Positions 39,058 to 50,528 of a stretch of DNA of 64,000 nucleotides are shown here, one piece after another. A program made the translations under genes and the position numbers. The notes beneath the pieces were generated by a model that saw nothing but the letters and a program-made list of their open reading frames with translations, was not told the DNA's origin and made no database searches. Location: the IMG/VR virus record IMGVR_UViG_3300027573_000779, positions 124,001 to 188,000 of that record; one strand, 5' to 3'. Within the stretch, counting starts at the first letter, position 1. Each line of letters starts with the position of its first letter.

Positions 39058-39453
39058 TTAAGCTGCAACGGGTTCTGCCACTTCAGTTACAGGAATATTT
39101 TCTGTAACGTGCTCAGTCGCAGGCTGTTCGGGAGCATTGCTCACTCCTGACTTTTCAGCCGCTCGCGCCACCTTTTTGGCCAGTTTTTCAGCCTCTTTAG
39201 CCGCCTCTTCCTTGTGTTTATTTTCCCAATAAGCCTTTTTCGAAGCTGAGATTTTGTCCCTTCCAGCTTGGCTCATCTTACTTCCCTTGGGTCGCCCCTT
39301 TCGAGTTTGAGAAGGAGAAGGAAGAAGGCTAGGAAGAGTTGAGGGAATATTAATTCCACTCATCAACTGATTGTATTCAGACTGCTTTACCGCAATCTCT
39401 TCCAGCAACTTTGCCGCTCGCAAGTGAGTTTCGGGCGTTAACACTATGTTCAT
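39058..39453 (-). CDS. Small basic DNA-binding-like protein (AT-hook plus MSxAGRxKI motif)
   Basis: N-terminal coiled coil, RKGRPKG, KMSQAGRDKISASKKAYW, and a Lys/Ala-rich tail. Confidence 0.6.
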   Translation of the reverse strand: MNIVLTPETHLRAAKLLEEIAVKQSEYNQLMSGINIPSTLPSLLPSPSQTRKGRPKGSKMSQAGRDKISASKKAYWENKHKEEAAKEAEKLAKKVARAAEKSGVSNAPEQPATEHVTENIPVTEVAEPVAA

Positions 39454-39582
39454 TTTGTTCTTTCTTTCTTTTTAATTGTTTTTAAAATTTTGTCTTTAAC
39501 TGACAACACCCATACGTTAACACTACTTTTTAAACGTGCAAGACTATTTTTTTTCAATAATCAGTCTTAAGCTAATAACTAA

Positions 39583-40350
39583 TTAAGCTTCAACTAGTTG
39601 CGCACTAACTTTTTTCTTATCATAGTGGGCGAAATAGTCCGTTTTATACCCGCCTCTTCCCTTCCTTCTAATTAGCTCCCAAGCTTTAGCCGCTTGAGTG
39701 CCAGAGGGTTGCACGCCATGAAGCAAGACTGCATAATTTTTGTTAGCTTTCCGTGCTAGAGAGTCATCATGGTCAATCTTTAGTCCTAAATCTTTTGCCT
39801 CTTTCTCAGAAAAGACAACTTTAACCGATACAAGCCCATGTTTTTCAATGAGATAGTCAAATTTTCCACCCCTTGAAGCAGTAAGCTTTAGATTATGGGG
39901 TATAGACCCTAATCTATTGACCCAAAATGGTAGAGCTTTGGTGTAGGCATAAAACAGCTTATTGGGGTAGCGCCGAACTACTTCCACCCACGCGTCAAAA
40001 TAGTCCTGACTGAAAAAGTCGCCTGAACCATGTATGCGAATTATGGCATATTTCTTAGAAAAACGTGCAATTTCATTGTCAAGCAACGCGACTATTTGGT
40101 TGATTGACTTTCCTTTTACCAAGTCAAAATTGTTCCATCTGCTATCCCTTGTATTCTGAAAAAGGCTTTCGCCTGAAGCCGCATAACACCTAAATTGAGC
40201 GTCGGGTCCTGTTATAATTGGACCGCCAAATCTAGGAACTTTCGCTAGGCAATCCTTTGCAAAGGGGCAGGACCAACCAGCAGGGAGACTGAATATCTTT
40301 GTTTTATCAATCTTGGCGTTACCGTTAGCAAAAAAGAGTCTGTTATTCAT
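39583..40350 (-). CDS. GP88-like protein (radical-SAM-related phage family)
   Basis: FSLPAGWSCPFAKDC...CYA, RIHGSGDFFSQDYFDAW and FYAYTK. Confidence 0.8.
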   Translation of the reverse strand: MNNRLFFANGNAKIDKTKIFSLPAGWSCPFAKDCLAKVPRFGGPIITGPDAQFRCYAASGESLFQNTRDSRWNNFDLVKGKSINQIVALLDNEIARFSKKYAIIRIHGSGDFFSQDYFDAWVEVVRRYPNKLFYAYTKALPFWVNRLGSIPHNLKLTASRGGKFDYLIEKHGLVSVKVVFSEKEAKDLGLKIDHDDSLARKANKNYAVLLHGVQPSGTQAAKAWELIRRKGRGGYKTDYFAHYDKKKVSAQLVEA

Positions 40351-42138
40351 AAATTGGATTATAAATAATCTTTTTAAAAAAGCAAGCCCCCATTTTTTAG
40401 GTGGGGGCCGGGGGGGCAGGGCTACTTATGGGAGAAGTATTTACATACCAACAGGACTATCAACAGGCACACACTCTCCATAATAATTTAAATTGGGCGT
40501 TTGAAACTCAAGGTATCCAACCTTGTAGCGGTAATGTTCTTTAGGCTGTTCAAGAGGAACGAATTCTAGGTAAGTAATTTCCTCATATCGTTTTGAGGCC
40601 AACTCACAAGCTTGGCACATCAAACCATTTTTGCGCCCTTTATATTTCTTTGTATCTTGCTCGGAATTAAGTATTTGGAACAAAGACGAATATATTAAAG
40701 CGTGTTCAAACTTTTCTTGCGTACTCCAAAAGTAAGCAAGTGTAGGAGTCAACCAATGCAATTCGCCATTGGTGCCTTCGTGGTTGTAGAAAGAGAAGTA
40801 TCTTTCTTGAAGTTCGATAGGATTGCTGTCTTCGATTGCTATTGCAACGTGTAAACCAAAGTTTTGACGATACAACTTTTGCATACGCACTCAAGCGCCG
40901 TGGGGCTTATAAAAAAGAAACAGTTTTCCTGAACTGTAAATTTTAAAAACTCTGGTGCTTGATTTATATACTCATACTATCAAGGATTTTTCCTAAGTCA
41001 ACAGGAATAATGGGGGAACAACCTTATTTTTTTGGACTTTTTTAAGATTTTTTGCTCAATTTTGAGACATTTTAGGGTTTTTTCCTACTCTCAAGCGTCG
41101 ATGAGCTATTTTATAATTTCAGCTAGAGGCCAAGTGGTTTCGTCCATTTCATAATTTTTATCTCCTTTTGAGAACCAGAATGTCCCTACTGAGCTACTGC
41201 AATTAGTAAAGCCGTGTGCGCGACAAGCATCAAAGACCGCCTGAACATCCTTGTCTTTATCCCATTTAAGTTCTGTACGTATTGCTGTGTATATTAATTC
41301 CCATTCTCCAGCACAAGCAACGACTTTAGAATCAATTCGAAACTGATTCATTTTGTGGATTTGATAGGCCGCGACTGCAATAACAATACTATCGGGCATT
41401 TCAACTAGTTCCATAAAGAAAGTTTACAATCTGAGGGGCTTTTAGTTTGATAGAATGATTACTTTTGTGTACCTATCTTTGCACAAGTCATTCGCTTCTT
41501 CACTTGTAAGACTTTCATCAATCTCTTTTCCTTTTACACTGACTGCATTGACAAGTTGAACTATCCTATAACGCTTATCCAACAAGTTTTTTTGCAGCGT
41601 AACAGTGGTTTGTTTGTTATTCATAAACACAAGAATACAATATCTTTTTTAACTCTCAAGAACTTTTTGCGCCGCCTCAGAGCATTATTTTAGCTTTTTC
41701 TTCCATAGTTAAAACCGCCGCGTGAATACTTTTAATGTCTTCAAAGTCAAGGAACACATCTGTTTGATTACCTATAATTGTTACTCTATCTGGCCGCACT
41801 ACAGCAATATTTCCAACATTAATAGGTTCAAAAATAGTATTATCCGCCTCTATCAGTTCATCAAGGGTGACGCTTTGAACTACTTGGCCACAAGAGCACA
41901 GTTCTACAACTTTTGTTTTTCGTCTAACTAGAATAAATTTTGAGGTTCCCACATCTCCTAATACGCGATTGTAACCTATTGAGGACAAACAATTTAGGAG
42001 CGCCGTTAAATGTGATTTACTTTTAATTGTAAGTTGGACCGCATCGTTCATATAGGAGGATTATACAACATCTTTCTATTAAATCAAGGTTTTATGGAGA
42101 AATGTTTCGAACTACTATGCATTGCCAAGTAGCATGTA

Positions 42139-42171
42139 TGTATTTACATTGTATTTACTTTGTATTTACAT
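42139..42171. repeat. Three tandem 11-bp near-palindromic boxes TGTATTTACWT
   Basis: 42139-42149, 42150-42160 and 42161-42171. Confidence 0.85.
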
Positions 42172-42857
42172 CCTTTAACTCTATATTATATTATACCATT
42201 GTCAGTTAACGCCTCAATATACGCCTTGGCATACACTCTATGCCTTAACCTCAACTCTTTAGTGTCTTCATTGGCAAGCTTTATCCTCAGAGAATTAAGC
42301 TTCTGCAAAGAACTTCTAACGCTATCGGTGATAGTAGAATCGTCAATATCGGGCATGACCTTGTGAGAGTGCTGGCTTAAGCTGTCAATAACTTCAGTCA
42401 GCGCCGCAATTATCTCTAAGTTGCTCATAATCAAAGTCTTATCCTTGGAACAGTCCGTCACTATAAGGTTGATAATCCTTTTTGGCCATTATCTCCTTAA
42501 CCCTTTCCTCTGTCACTTCGCGCCAACCAACGGGCAAACATTGATACCATTGACCTTTGAACTTCACAAAGTCGCCAGACGACATAGAACGGACATGTAA
42601 TTTGCAGAAAAGTGTTGATTCACAACCACTTCCAGCGTTGAAAGCCGCAAAAATGTCCTCTAAGCCCAAATTGTCATCCCACACACTGGAAAACTCTACA
42701 GTTTGCGCCGCACCAAAGGAACGGGGATATTTAATTTCAATCATGCACCCATTCTAGCAAGACTTTTTAAAGTTGCAACCCTAAAAGTTTGCCTAAAATG
42801 TAGACACCCAAGAAAAAGAATCAATTAAAGTCAATAAGAACAGCAATTAAGAGCCAC

Positions 42858-43064
42858 TTAAGACCCATTATCAAGGTAACTTATCAAAACATCATTCTGT
42901 GCTTGGTCCTTTACTTGGTCCCAAATTGAGTCATGAATTGGCCAAATTACGTTCCGAACTTGGTTCTCAACTTGGTCTGGAGTCTGGCCTTTAATTTGGC
43001 TTCTCATATGCCACATTTGGCTTCTGACGTGCTGTTGCCAAATTTGAACCTTTAAAGCATCCAT
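42858..43064 (-). CDS. DQVW-type tetrapeptide-repeat mini-protein
   Basis: QIWQQHVRSQMW...DQVENQVRN...DQVKDQ. Confidence 0.65.
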   Translation of the reverse strand: MDALKVQIWQQHVRSQMWHMRSQIKGQTPDQVENQVRNVIWPIHDSIWDQVKDQAQNDVLISYLDNGS

Positions 43065-43069
43065 TCCCT

Positions 43070-43219
43070 TTAATTAATACTATCAATTAGCTTACCAAGA
43101 ACAGAATTTTTATATCCACTCTCCGTTGCATCCATTACGAGACAGACCAACGGAAAAATTGTAATTGTACACACAATCAGCAAAAAAAGGATAATTATTG
43201 CTCTGGCAAAAACTCTCAT
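43070..43219 (-). CDS. 49-aa membrane peptide (missing from the ORF track)
   Basis: MRVFARAIIILFLLIVCTITIFPLVCLVMD...; fills the gap between its neighbours. Confidence 0.5.
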   Translation of the reverse strand: MRVFARAIIILFLLIVCTITIFPLVCLVMDATESGYKNSVLGKLIDSIN

Positions 43220-43955
43220 ATTAATCTTTTGTGTTTATGTTTTCTTCTAAACCCTTAACTATACATTCTGCCCATCGTGCGCCGAACCTCTTGTCATCAA
43301 GCTCCTTATCAATTTCCTTTAGAAAGGACTGAATGTCTCTGCCTAAACCATCAGGGTAGCCGTCGCCATGCCTATAGACAATGGCTCCAGTTGAATCGTC
43401 GCTGTAACAGAAATGAATTGTAGCTCTAGTTGACATATTTGGATTATACGATATCTTTTTAAAACGTCAAGCGCCCGTTAATGGTTCAAACGTCCTATCT
43501 TTAGGCCAACGGGCTAACCTATGGTCGTTAGCGTATTTTAGCCAAGCTTCTGCTTTTTCTTTATCCTTCCAAATATTCAAGGCAATCTGGCGCATTTCTA
43601 GGGCAGTTTGTTCCTCTTGATAATGCCACATATCCCTATCATCTGAGGACTTAATGTCACGCCAAGAAATCATATGCTCAAACGCCGCAGGGCTTTAGCT
43701 TTTCGTTTTTATAGGTTTCGCGCTTAGCCAGAGAGTTTGAACTTTCTTTGATTTGGGAAACAACTTATCTAAAATATTTTCTGCTTCTTTAATGTGATGT
43801 TCAAGCGCCGCCTTTGATTGTTCTTTATACTGGTCACTGGACTGAACGAAACTTTTATATAGCTGGACAATCATATCCAATCTACAGTTAGCGTTCTCAG
43901 TTTCGCGAATAAAATCTAAAGCGTTTGTCTTCATACTCTCAAGTGTCGCAGGGTT

Positions 43956-44108
43956 TTAATTCCAAAATGCAATTCCGTGGCTAAATTCTTCTAAATGAAG
44001 AGGGTTCATTTCAAGGTCATTTAAACCATGTATATCAATGTAGGCGATAGGCAAATCATCTTTAGCGCCGTTTTTCTCCAGCAATTCTTTAAGTTCTTTC
44101 CACGTCAT
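43956..44108 (-). CDS. 50-aa hypothetical protein (missing from the ORF track)
   Basis: MTWKELKELLEKNGAKDDLPIAYIDI...; own promoter upstream and a junction element right after the stop. Confidence 0.6.
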   Translation of the reverse strand: MTWKELKELLEKNGAKDDLPIAYIDIHGLNDLEMNPLHLEEFSHGIAFWN

Positions 44109-45206
44109 AAACAAGAGAATACGATATTTTTTTTATTCCGCAAGCTTTAACTTGGGTTAATAAAAGGATTAAACTTAGACTGAGAGTCAAGATTTCTATC
44201 TAAGATGCTCTGTTGCAACATCTTAATAGCTTCAACGCAATCAGCATCTTTAGGTCCGCGCCCTTTGTTCTTTTTAATGTGATTCCAGATTTTATCTGTA
44301 GCACAACACCAAGGAAGATTTGTATTCCAATCATTGTCTTCTTTTTGGAAGCCAATACCAACTGTGCCAAACTTGGGAAAACATACAATTGCCTGATTCT
44401 TACTAACTTTAACCCGCATCAACCAAAAATCTTCATCCAATGGAGGAGTTATTAAAAGTGTGTTGCCAAAAGGTTTTGGGTCTTGAATTTTGTTTGAATT
44501 AAGTTCAATTGTAAGTTTCATATTCAGATGATACAAAATCTTTTTTAAGAATCAAGCTCTTTTTTAGCTCTTATGTCTATCCCAAATCGACAATAGCCCG
44601 CCCAAGCTGGAATGTTTGAGGCTGAACAGACCTGTAAATTATGCCACTTATGGAATTCTTTGGGCCAATACTTAGGGTCTGCAAGCACTCCTAGCCTAAA
44701 GTGTTCCCGCGCCTCATTAGGAGAATCTGCTAGAATAAAACGCCGCTGGTTCTGATAGCAACCCCACTCGCCTGTAGTCAACAAGTGTTCACTGGTAAAA
44801 GTAACCATCCATCGCTTGTCAGGGGGATACAGCTTGATATCAATTGGGTTTTCATTCATATCCCAATCATATAATATCTTTTTTAACTGTCAACCTTGAA
44901 AATCTTCTCTAGGGGTTACCTTTATCTCAAGAGGAACAACCCAAAAAACCAACAAAAGGTCGCCATTGGGAACCTCTTCGAACCGTCCCACAGTCCAATT
45001 AAAAGATTTGTAATCTGCTAGCTTTTGCATCAAATGAGCGCCGCCATCTAGCGCCCCTTGCGGACTTTTACAGTTTAAGCCATACACATAAAAAGCCCCT
45101 ACTGATAAACCTCTGAAGTATACTGCCGTATATTCTCTGCTTGGAGTAATAATTGTTTTCATTGTTTTTGTATTCTACAACATCTTTTTTAACCCGCAAG
45201 CTTTTC

Positions 45207-45998
45207 TCATAACATGTTTATAGGTTTCAGCGCCCACCCGAATTGTTGGTTAACTTTAGAATAAAGCTCTCTAATCTCTTGTTCTGCTTTCTCAAGTCGT
45301 TCAAAATCAAGTGGATGTGCGTTTTTAACGTGGTCTCTAGCTTGATGATGCCCCGAATATTTACCCTTTAATAAGATTTGAGTATTACAAAATGAACATT
45401 TAAAGTATGTTTTCATCCTTGGCCCTAAAATCTTTTCTATTGACTGCCACCTTGTAAAAGCTTTCCCTATTAGTTTCTTCAGTCTATTGCGCCAATTGGT
45501 TATACGATACCTAGATTGATAGGGTCCGCTCATAAAAGTGCTGCCTTTTAAGAAAGTAAAAGTATCTAAAACCGCGCCGCTACAGAAGCTAATCTCATCT
45601 TTAAACTTAATTTTGTCACCCTTTTTAACCTTTACTGTTGACCGCTTCTTAATGTTCTCCCAACACCTATCGCGCCACTGTTGCGCCCATTCATAAGTTG
45701 TTGGTGTTAAAAGCTTTAGGATTCTTTCAGGACACTCAGATTCACAAGGTCCCATTTCCTCACTCATATCCTTGTAGCCAAAATTATAGTAATCGTGTGG
45801 TTTATAACCCAACAAGCACACAATACCAATAACGCTCTTTCTTGTGCCATCTTCGTTCAGACACTCATAAGCTAGGTAGGCTGTGCGATAACCCTTTACC
45901 GCGCAATCAATCACACACCCCTGTTTGCCATTGAATTCCTTCTCAAAGAATTCTCGAACTGAAACGCCTTGATTTTTGTTTGTAAATGTCCAACCCAT
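45207..45998 (-). CDS. DUF6927-like protein with an appended zinc-finger-like tail
   Basis: MGW..., NFGYKDMSEEMGPCESECPERILKLL; C-terminal CSFC...HVKNAH. Family name recalled from memory. Confidence 0.6.
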   Translation of the reverse strand: MGWTFTNKNQGVSVREFFEKEFNGKQGCVIDCAVKGYRTAYLAYECLNEDGTRKSVIGIVCLLGYKPHDYYNFGYKDMSEEMGPCESECPERILKLLTPTTYEWAQQWRDRCWENIKKRSTVKVKKGDKIKFKDEISFCSGAVLDTFTFLKGSTFMSGPYQSRYRITNWRNRLKKLIGKAFTRWQSIEKILGPRMKTYFKCSFCNTQILLKGKYSGHHQARDHVKNAHPLDFERLEKAEQEIRELYSKVNQQFGWALKPINML

Positions 45999-46554
45999 AT
46001 GCGCTCAAAAGCCGCGAGGCTTAGTAATTTTTTGGTTAACGCCGCAGGGCTTAATTGCCCTTAAAGCTATAGACAAGATACACTATCTTTTTAAACTGTC
46101 AACGCTCTATGAAAGGCTATGCTGTATATGAGCTAAGTATGAGGCTCTTTTAATCTTCTTCTCTGCTAGGTAAGCTGCCTTTCTCTCCCTTTTGTTTGGG
46201 AACAAAGAAAGCATAACGTCTTCGTGATTTGTGGAATTACCTAATGCGTAAAGAAGATTTTCGGTTTCAAATTGGGTTAATTGAAATGTAACTTTCATAT
46301 TGAATGCAAACCTGTTTTCTCAAGCTCTTCAGGACCAAAAGCAACATTTAACATATCAACCGTAACAGAATAGCAACCGTTTTCGGGTATTAGTCTATTT
46401 ACAACCCCACATTGACCTTTCCATGCGCCAGTGAGGATTCTAACCCTGTCGCCAATATTAAAGGATTGCTGTTCTTCTTTTGAGTCTTTATTCATCTGTG
46501 GGGATTATACAAAATCTTTTTAAAATGTCAATGCTCCAAAGCCGCAGGGCTTTT

Positions 46555-46712
46555 TAATATGAATTGAATATCTGTTGTAATTTGGTCCGCAATTGGGTCC
46601 CCAATTTTAACCAACTGTTCGGTCCCAAATGTGATTTTCAACTTGTTCTTGAACTTGGTCCCTAATTTCGTACCTAACTTGGTCTTCAAGTGTATCCCAA
46701 ACTTTCTTCCCT
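46555..46712 (-). pseudogene. Decayed DQVW-type gene
   Basis: VWDTLEDQVRYEIRDQVQEQVENHIWD with no start codon, then a frameshift. Flanked on both sides by junction elements. Confidence 0.55.
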
Positions 46713-47621
46713 ATTTATGCTCAGACGCCGCAAGGCTTAAAGTTTATTGGTATCACCATTACTTCAATTGGTTTAGAATGTTCGCTTGTCCCATAACCCA
46801 TCTTTAGCGCCGCCGCCCTAGATTTAAATAACTGGTGCGTGTTAGGCAAAAGCCATCTCTTTCTAAGTATATGTTGTGCTTTTTTATGGTGATAACTCTC
46901 ACACCAAGAACACCAAGGAATTTTCATATAGCCAGATTATACAAAATCTTTTTTAAGTGTCAATAATTTCCCGCCTATTGATAATCTTTATTCCCGAATG
47001 ATGACAGTGTGGACACTTTTCCTCTGCAACTTCCCCCGTTACTTTAAACTGTGTTCCACAATCACAAGTAAAAGGAGCATGTCTGTTAATATCAGAGAAA
47101 ACATCTACGGGCGCGTCCTGAAGGGTATAAATTCTTAAAAGACAGTCGCCTCCTTTCGATTGAGCTTCTTGTTCTAAGCCGCAACCGGGACAATGAATGA
47201 TAACTGTATCGAAACAACCCATATTAAGAGTATACTAAATCTTTTAAATTGTCAATCGTATTTGTTGAGCATTACGCTCAGGGCACATTTCTTTCTTACA
47301 CTTCATATATACGTCGAGTTCCACACTTAGGACACCAACCGCTTTCGTCAAGGTGACGCGCCTTACAAGTAGGACATATTTCTGTGGGATTTTCAAGCTT
47401 TTGGACAAGACCGCCCACCGAAACAATGCTCTTGTCTTCAATTTCTGCCTTCTTACGCAACCATTCAATTTCCGCGCTCTCCGCACTTTTAGCTGTCAAT
47501 TCCCTTACAATTTGCATAAGTGTTTGAAACGCAATGTTTTTGGTTGTACAAAGTCCATAAGACCTATTAACAAATTGTACTCCGTTGCGTTCAAAAGCTT
47601 CTTTAATTTCTTGTTCGGTCA

Positions 47622-47855
47622 TCACGATTCCTTTGTAACATAAGGCCAGTAGATAATATACTCTAATCCCATATTGTCTTGGCAGTATTGTTTTAGTTTC
47701 CTGTGTTTCTTGGCTAAATCAATCACCAACTGAGGATTGCCTGTTACAATTCCCATACATTGGCGACCAAACATTCCGCGCCCCGAATAATCATAGCGCA
47801 CTTCGCCGCCAACTTCTTCTGAGATTTCTTCAATGATTTTTTTGTTGGTTGTCAT
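47622..47855 (-). CDS. Conserved phage hypothetical protein (YSGRGM family)
   Basis: YDYSGRGMFGRQCMGIV...DNMGLEYIIYWP. True start MTTNKK; the longer N-terminus in the track is a shadow of the upstream repeat gene. Confidence 0.7.
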   Translation of the reverse strand: MTTNKKIIEEISEEVGGEVRYDYSGRGMFGRQCMGIVTGNPQLVIDLAKKHRKLKQYCQDNMGLEYIIYWPYVTKES

Positions 47856-47856
47856 A

Positions 47857-48081
47857 CTAAGTGTTAAAGTTTTTATCGTCTTCGGCTTCTTTCTGAGACT
47901 GGTTCCGAATTTGACTCCCGATTTGTTCCCAAATTTGTTCTCCAATCTGATTCTTGAAGTGTTTCCAAGTATATAGCCAAATATGATTCCCGGTTTGTTC
48001 CAATACTTGGTTATTAATGCTATCAGATACTTGCGATATCTGCTCCCAAACCGGCTCTTTTTTAAAGACAATAATATCCAT
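47857..48081 (-). CDS. DQVW-type tetrapeptide-repeat mini-protein
   Basis: VWEQI...NQIGEQIWEQIGSQIRNQ. Confidence 0.65.
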   Translation of the reverse strand: MDIIVFKKEPVWEQISQVSDSINNQVLEQTGNHIWLYTWKHFKNQIGEQIWEQIGSQIRNQSQKEAEDDKNFNT

Positions 48082-48451
48082 AAACACATCTGCTGCCATT
48101 TCGGGTGCAATCATGATTGTCATAAACAACCCCGTCAATAACAGCAACAAAATGTTTACTAACTTGACAAATTAGCTTACCTTTGGGTAGTTCATTAGCT
48201 CTCAAGTGAACTTTACAGCCTTGACCAATAAACATAGTTGGCACCCAAGTCCAACCCAAACTCTTTAAATAGGCTCTCAATACTGACCTTTTTACCCCTC
48301 CCTGATAGCCCTTTTTTGGCCGCAAAGCGTCATAAATCTCCTGATAAGGTTTACCAGTGACAATCGAAACAGCCCTAACAGAACAGTCACCCGTTTTGCC
48401 TTTGTAACCAGCATCAACTCTTCCTCCGTCTGTCAAAACAACATTGTTCAT
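48062..48451 (-). CDS. Putative papain-like/C39-like peptidase-fold phage protein
   Basis: GDCSVRA (Cys), KHFVAV (His) and VYDNHD (Asp). Start MNNVV 6 nt after TATTAT. Confidence 0.55.
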   Translation of the reverse strand: MNNVVLTDGGRVDAGYKGKTGDCSVRAVSIVTGKPYQEIYDALRPKKGYQGGVKRSVLRAYLKSLGWTWVPTMFIGQGCKVHLRANELPKGKLICQVSKHFVAVIDGVVYDNHDCTRNGSRCVYGYYCL

Positions 48452-48752
48452 GCTGCAATAATACAAAGTCTTTTTTAAAAATCAACCTAAAAATTCATTA
48501 CCGCAAGAGCATTTGTAAGTAACTTTAGAACCATTCTGAACAGTTATATAAGTGGTCCCCGGTGGAGGCCAAGGTCCATCATAATCAAGACTAAAATCCT
48601 TTGGCAAAACCTCTTCGTCATAAGTGATAGGTTCAGATTTAACTATTGCCTCAGGGCCAATTTCCTCTTGGCACTTTGGGCAAACCCTGATACCGTCATC
48701 AACCTCAGGGGGGTCATTCCAATAATCATTCATACTCTCAAGCGCCGAGGGG

Positions 48753-48803
48753 TTAAAAAAATTTAATATTCCGAACTTGGTCCCCAACTTGACCTTCGTT
48801 CAT
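48753..48803 (-). pseudogene. 16-codon remnant of a DQVW-type gene
   Basis: MNEGQVGDQVRNIKFF*, followed directly by a junction element. Confidence 0.5.
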
Positions 48804-50321
48804 AATATCGTTCAAAGTTTAATGTCTGGCCCACCAATACCCTTGATAATTCCGTTTTCAGCATAGGTAACATACAAAACATGTCTCTCTTCCTCTGAAA
48901 TGAGACCCGCATCGCCCAAGGCATCAACGTAACCCGCCAAATAAGGATTTGGAACTTGGTCCGACTCCTCATACATTTGGACCATAGCTTTTTCAATGAG
49001 GGTTATTGCGTGTTCTATGTTCATACTGCAAAGATACAGTATCTTTTTAAACCTGCAAGCCTTTTATTCATCGTTCCAACATTGGCACCTAGGATTGTTA
49101 GACGACCCACAATACTTGCAGTAACTTTCCCACAACCCCAATCTCTCTTCATCCGTTAAACCGGATATAAGAGTTTTGAGATTAGTAAAATTTGGTGGTT
49201 GAATGCTCAGCCAGTGCCCCCAATAGATAGGCACACAGTTCTTTTGCCATTTACTACACCAGCCAATTCTAGGATGGTCTCTATCTGTCCTAAGAATATC
49301 AATAGCCTTTAAAGCCTCATCTTTATAGTTCCGCCAATAACTTTTGGCATAATCCTCTAAAAGTTCAGTCAAATCTTGTTCGTCCTTTGGTGCACAACCA
49401 GTTTGAATAAACAAAACTTCCTTAATATCTACCCTACCCTCGCAAATATCTCTAATACAACAGGATAGAGAGAAACCTATTAAATGGCGTTCCAGTTCCA
49501 TAATTAAAAAAATTTTAAATAATTCGTTTGATTAATTTTAATGAGGGACACAAAGCAATCTTTGACCCGTTTAAAAGCTTAGGTTTGAAAAGCGTCTTTC
49601 GCTCGGTTCCTAACGCTTCCCAATTATTCCATACGTTCAAACAATCATCAACTGTTTTGGGTGCCCAATTTAAATCAGCCTTATGCTCAACTGATAATGT
49701 AAATACTTGTAACGAATCGACTTCCCAAAGCTGCGTATTAGAAGTAATCGTTAAATTGTTGTATCTTTCTTGACCATCCTCTAGGTTATGATAAGCAAAT
49801 AATGGAGTGTTGCGGACCTTAGGAAAAGTTTCTATATTAGGAATATATTCGACCACTCTAAAGTTCATCCCTTCTGTCTTTAAATGTGGAGTCCATGAAT
49901 AAAGCTTTCCTTCAAATTCTTGAACAAGTTTGTAAACTACCATAAAAAAGGCATGATACAATATATTTTTTAAACCGCAAGCATTATTTGTCTACAGAGA
50001 TTGAAAGATAGACAGGATAGTTGATACCAGCTTCGCTATCAGGAAAAAGGTCGCGTAATATTCTCTCTGCGTAAACATATGTCTCTCCACCCTCACCATC
50101 CTTCTTATCGAACCAATTCCAACCTCTAGAATGAGGGGTCACCCAAAGTTTATGGCCTTTTATTCTTTTGGTTGAGACCGTTATTTTGATGTGGCGAGGC
50201 TCTTTACCTAGTAACCTATACACAAAACCCGCACATATCGCCATGTGGTCGTTATGCCAGTAAGCGCCGTCATCTAAGGTAAGAAAAAAAGTCAGTTTAC
50301 TAATCAATTTTCTCATGGGGC

Positions 50322-50528
50322 TTATTTTATTCCTGCTTTTCTGTTTTCTTTCATTAATTCAATACTATTAACTTGTTGACTAAAAGAGGAAAAAGGACTC
50401 CAATTAGTAACTAAATAAAAATCTCGAAGAAAAACCAAACCCTCACTCAAAACATTTAGTTATTCGTCCGACAAACATTCGCCCCTTTCCCAAGAGTTAA
50501 ACAGTGTGGCTACATCTTTTCCGTTCAT
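50322..50528 (-). pseudogene. Small gene with one in-frame TAA
   Basis: MNGKDVATLFNSWERGECLSDE*LNVLSEGLVFLRDF...AGIK*; internal stop at 50460-50462. Confidence 0.5.

Noticed and set aside
43801-43811. Extra junction-element hits inside genes (43801, 42705, 46806)
   Set aside because: These are short GCGCCG matches explained by Ala-Ala codons. They lack the AAGCCC arm and are not at gene boundaries.
50322-50528. Stop-codon reassignment
   Set aside because: All long genes are intact under the standard code and end in TAA, TAG or TGA. A single internal TAA is better explained as a nonsense lesion or sequencing error.
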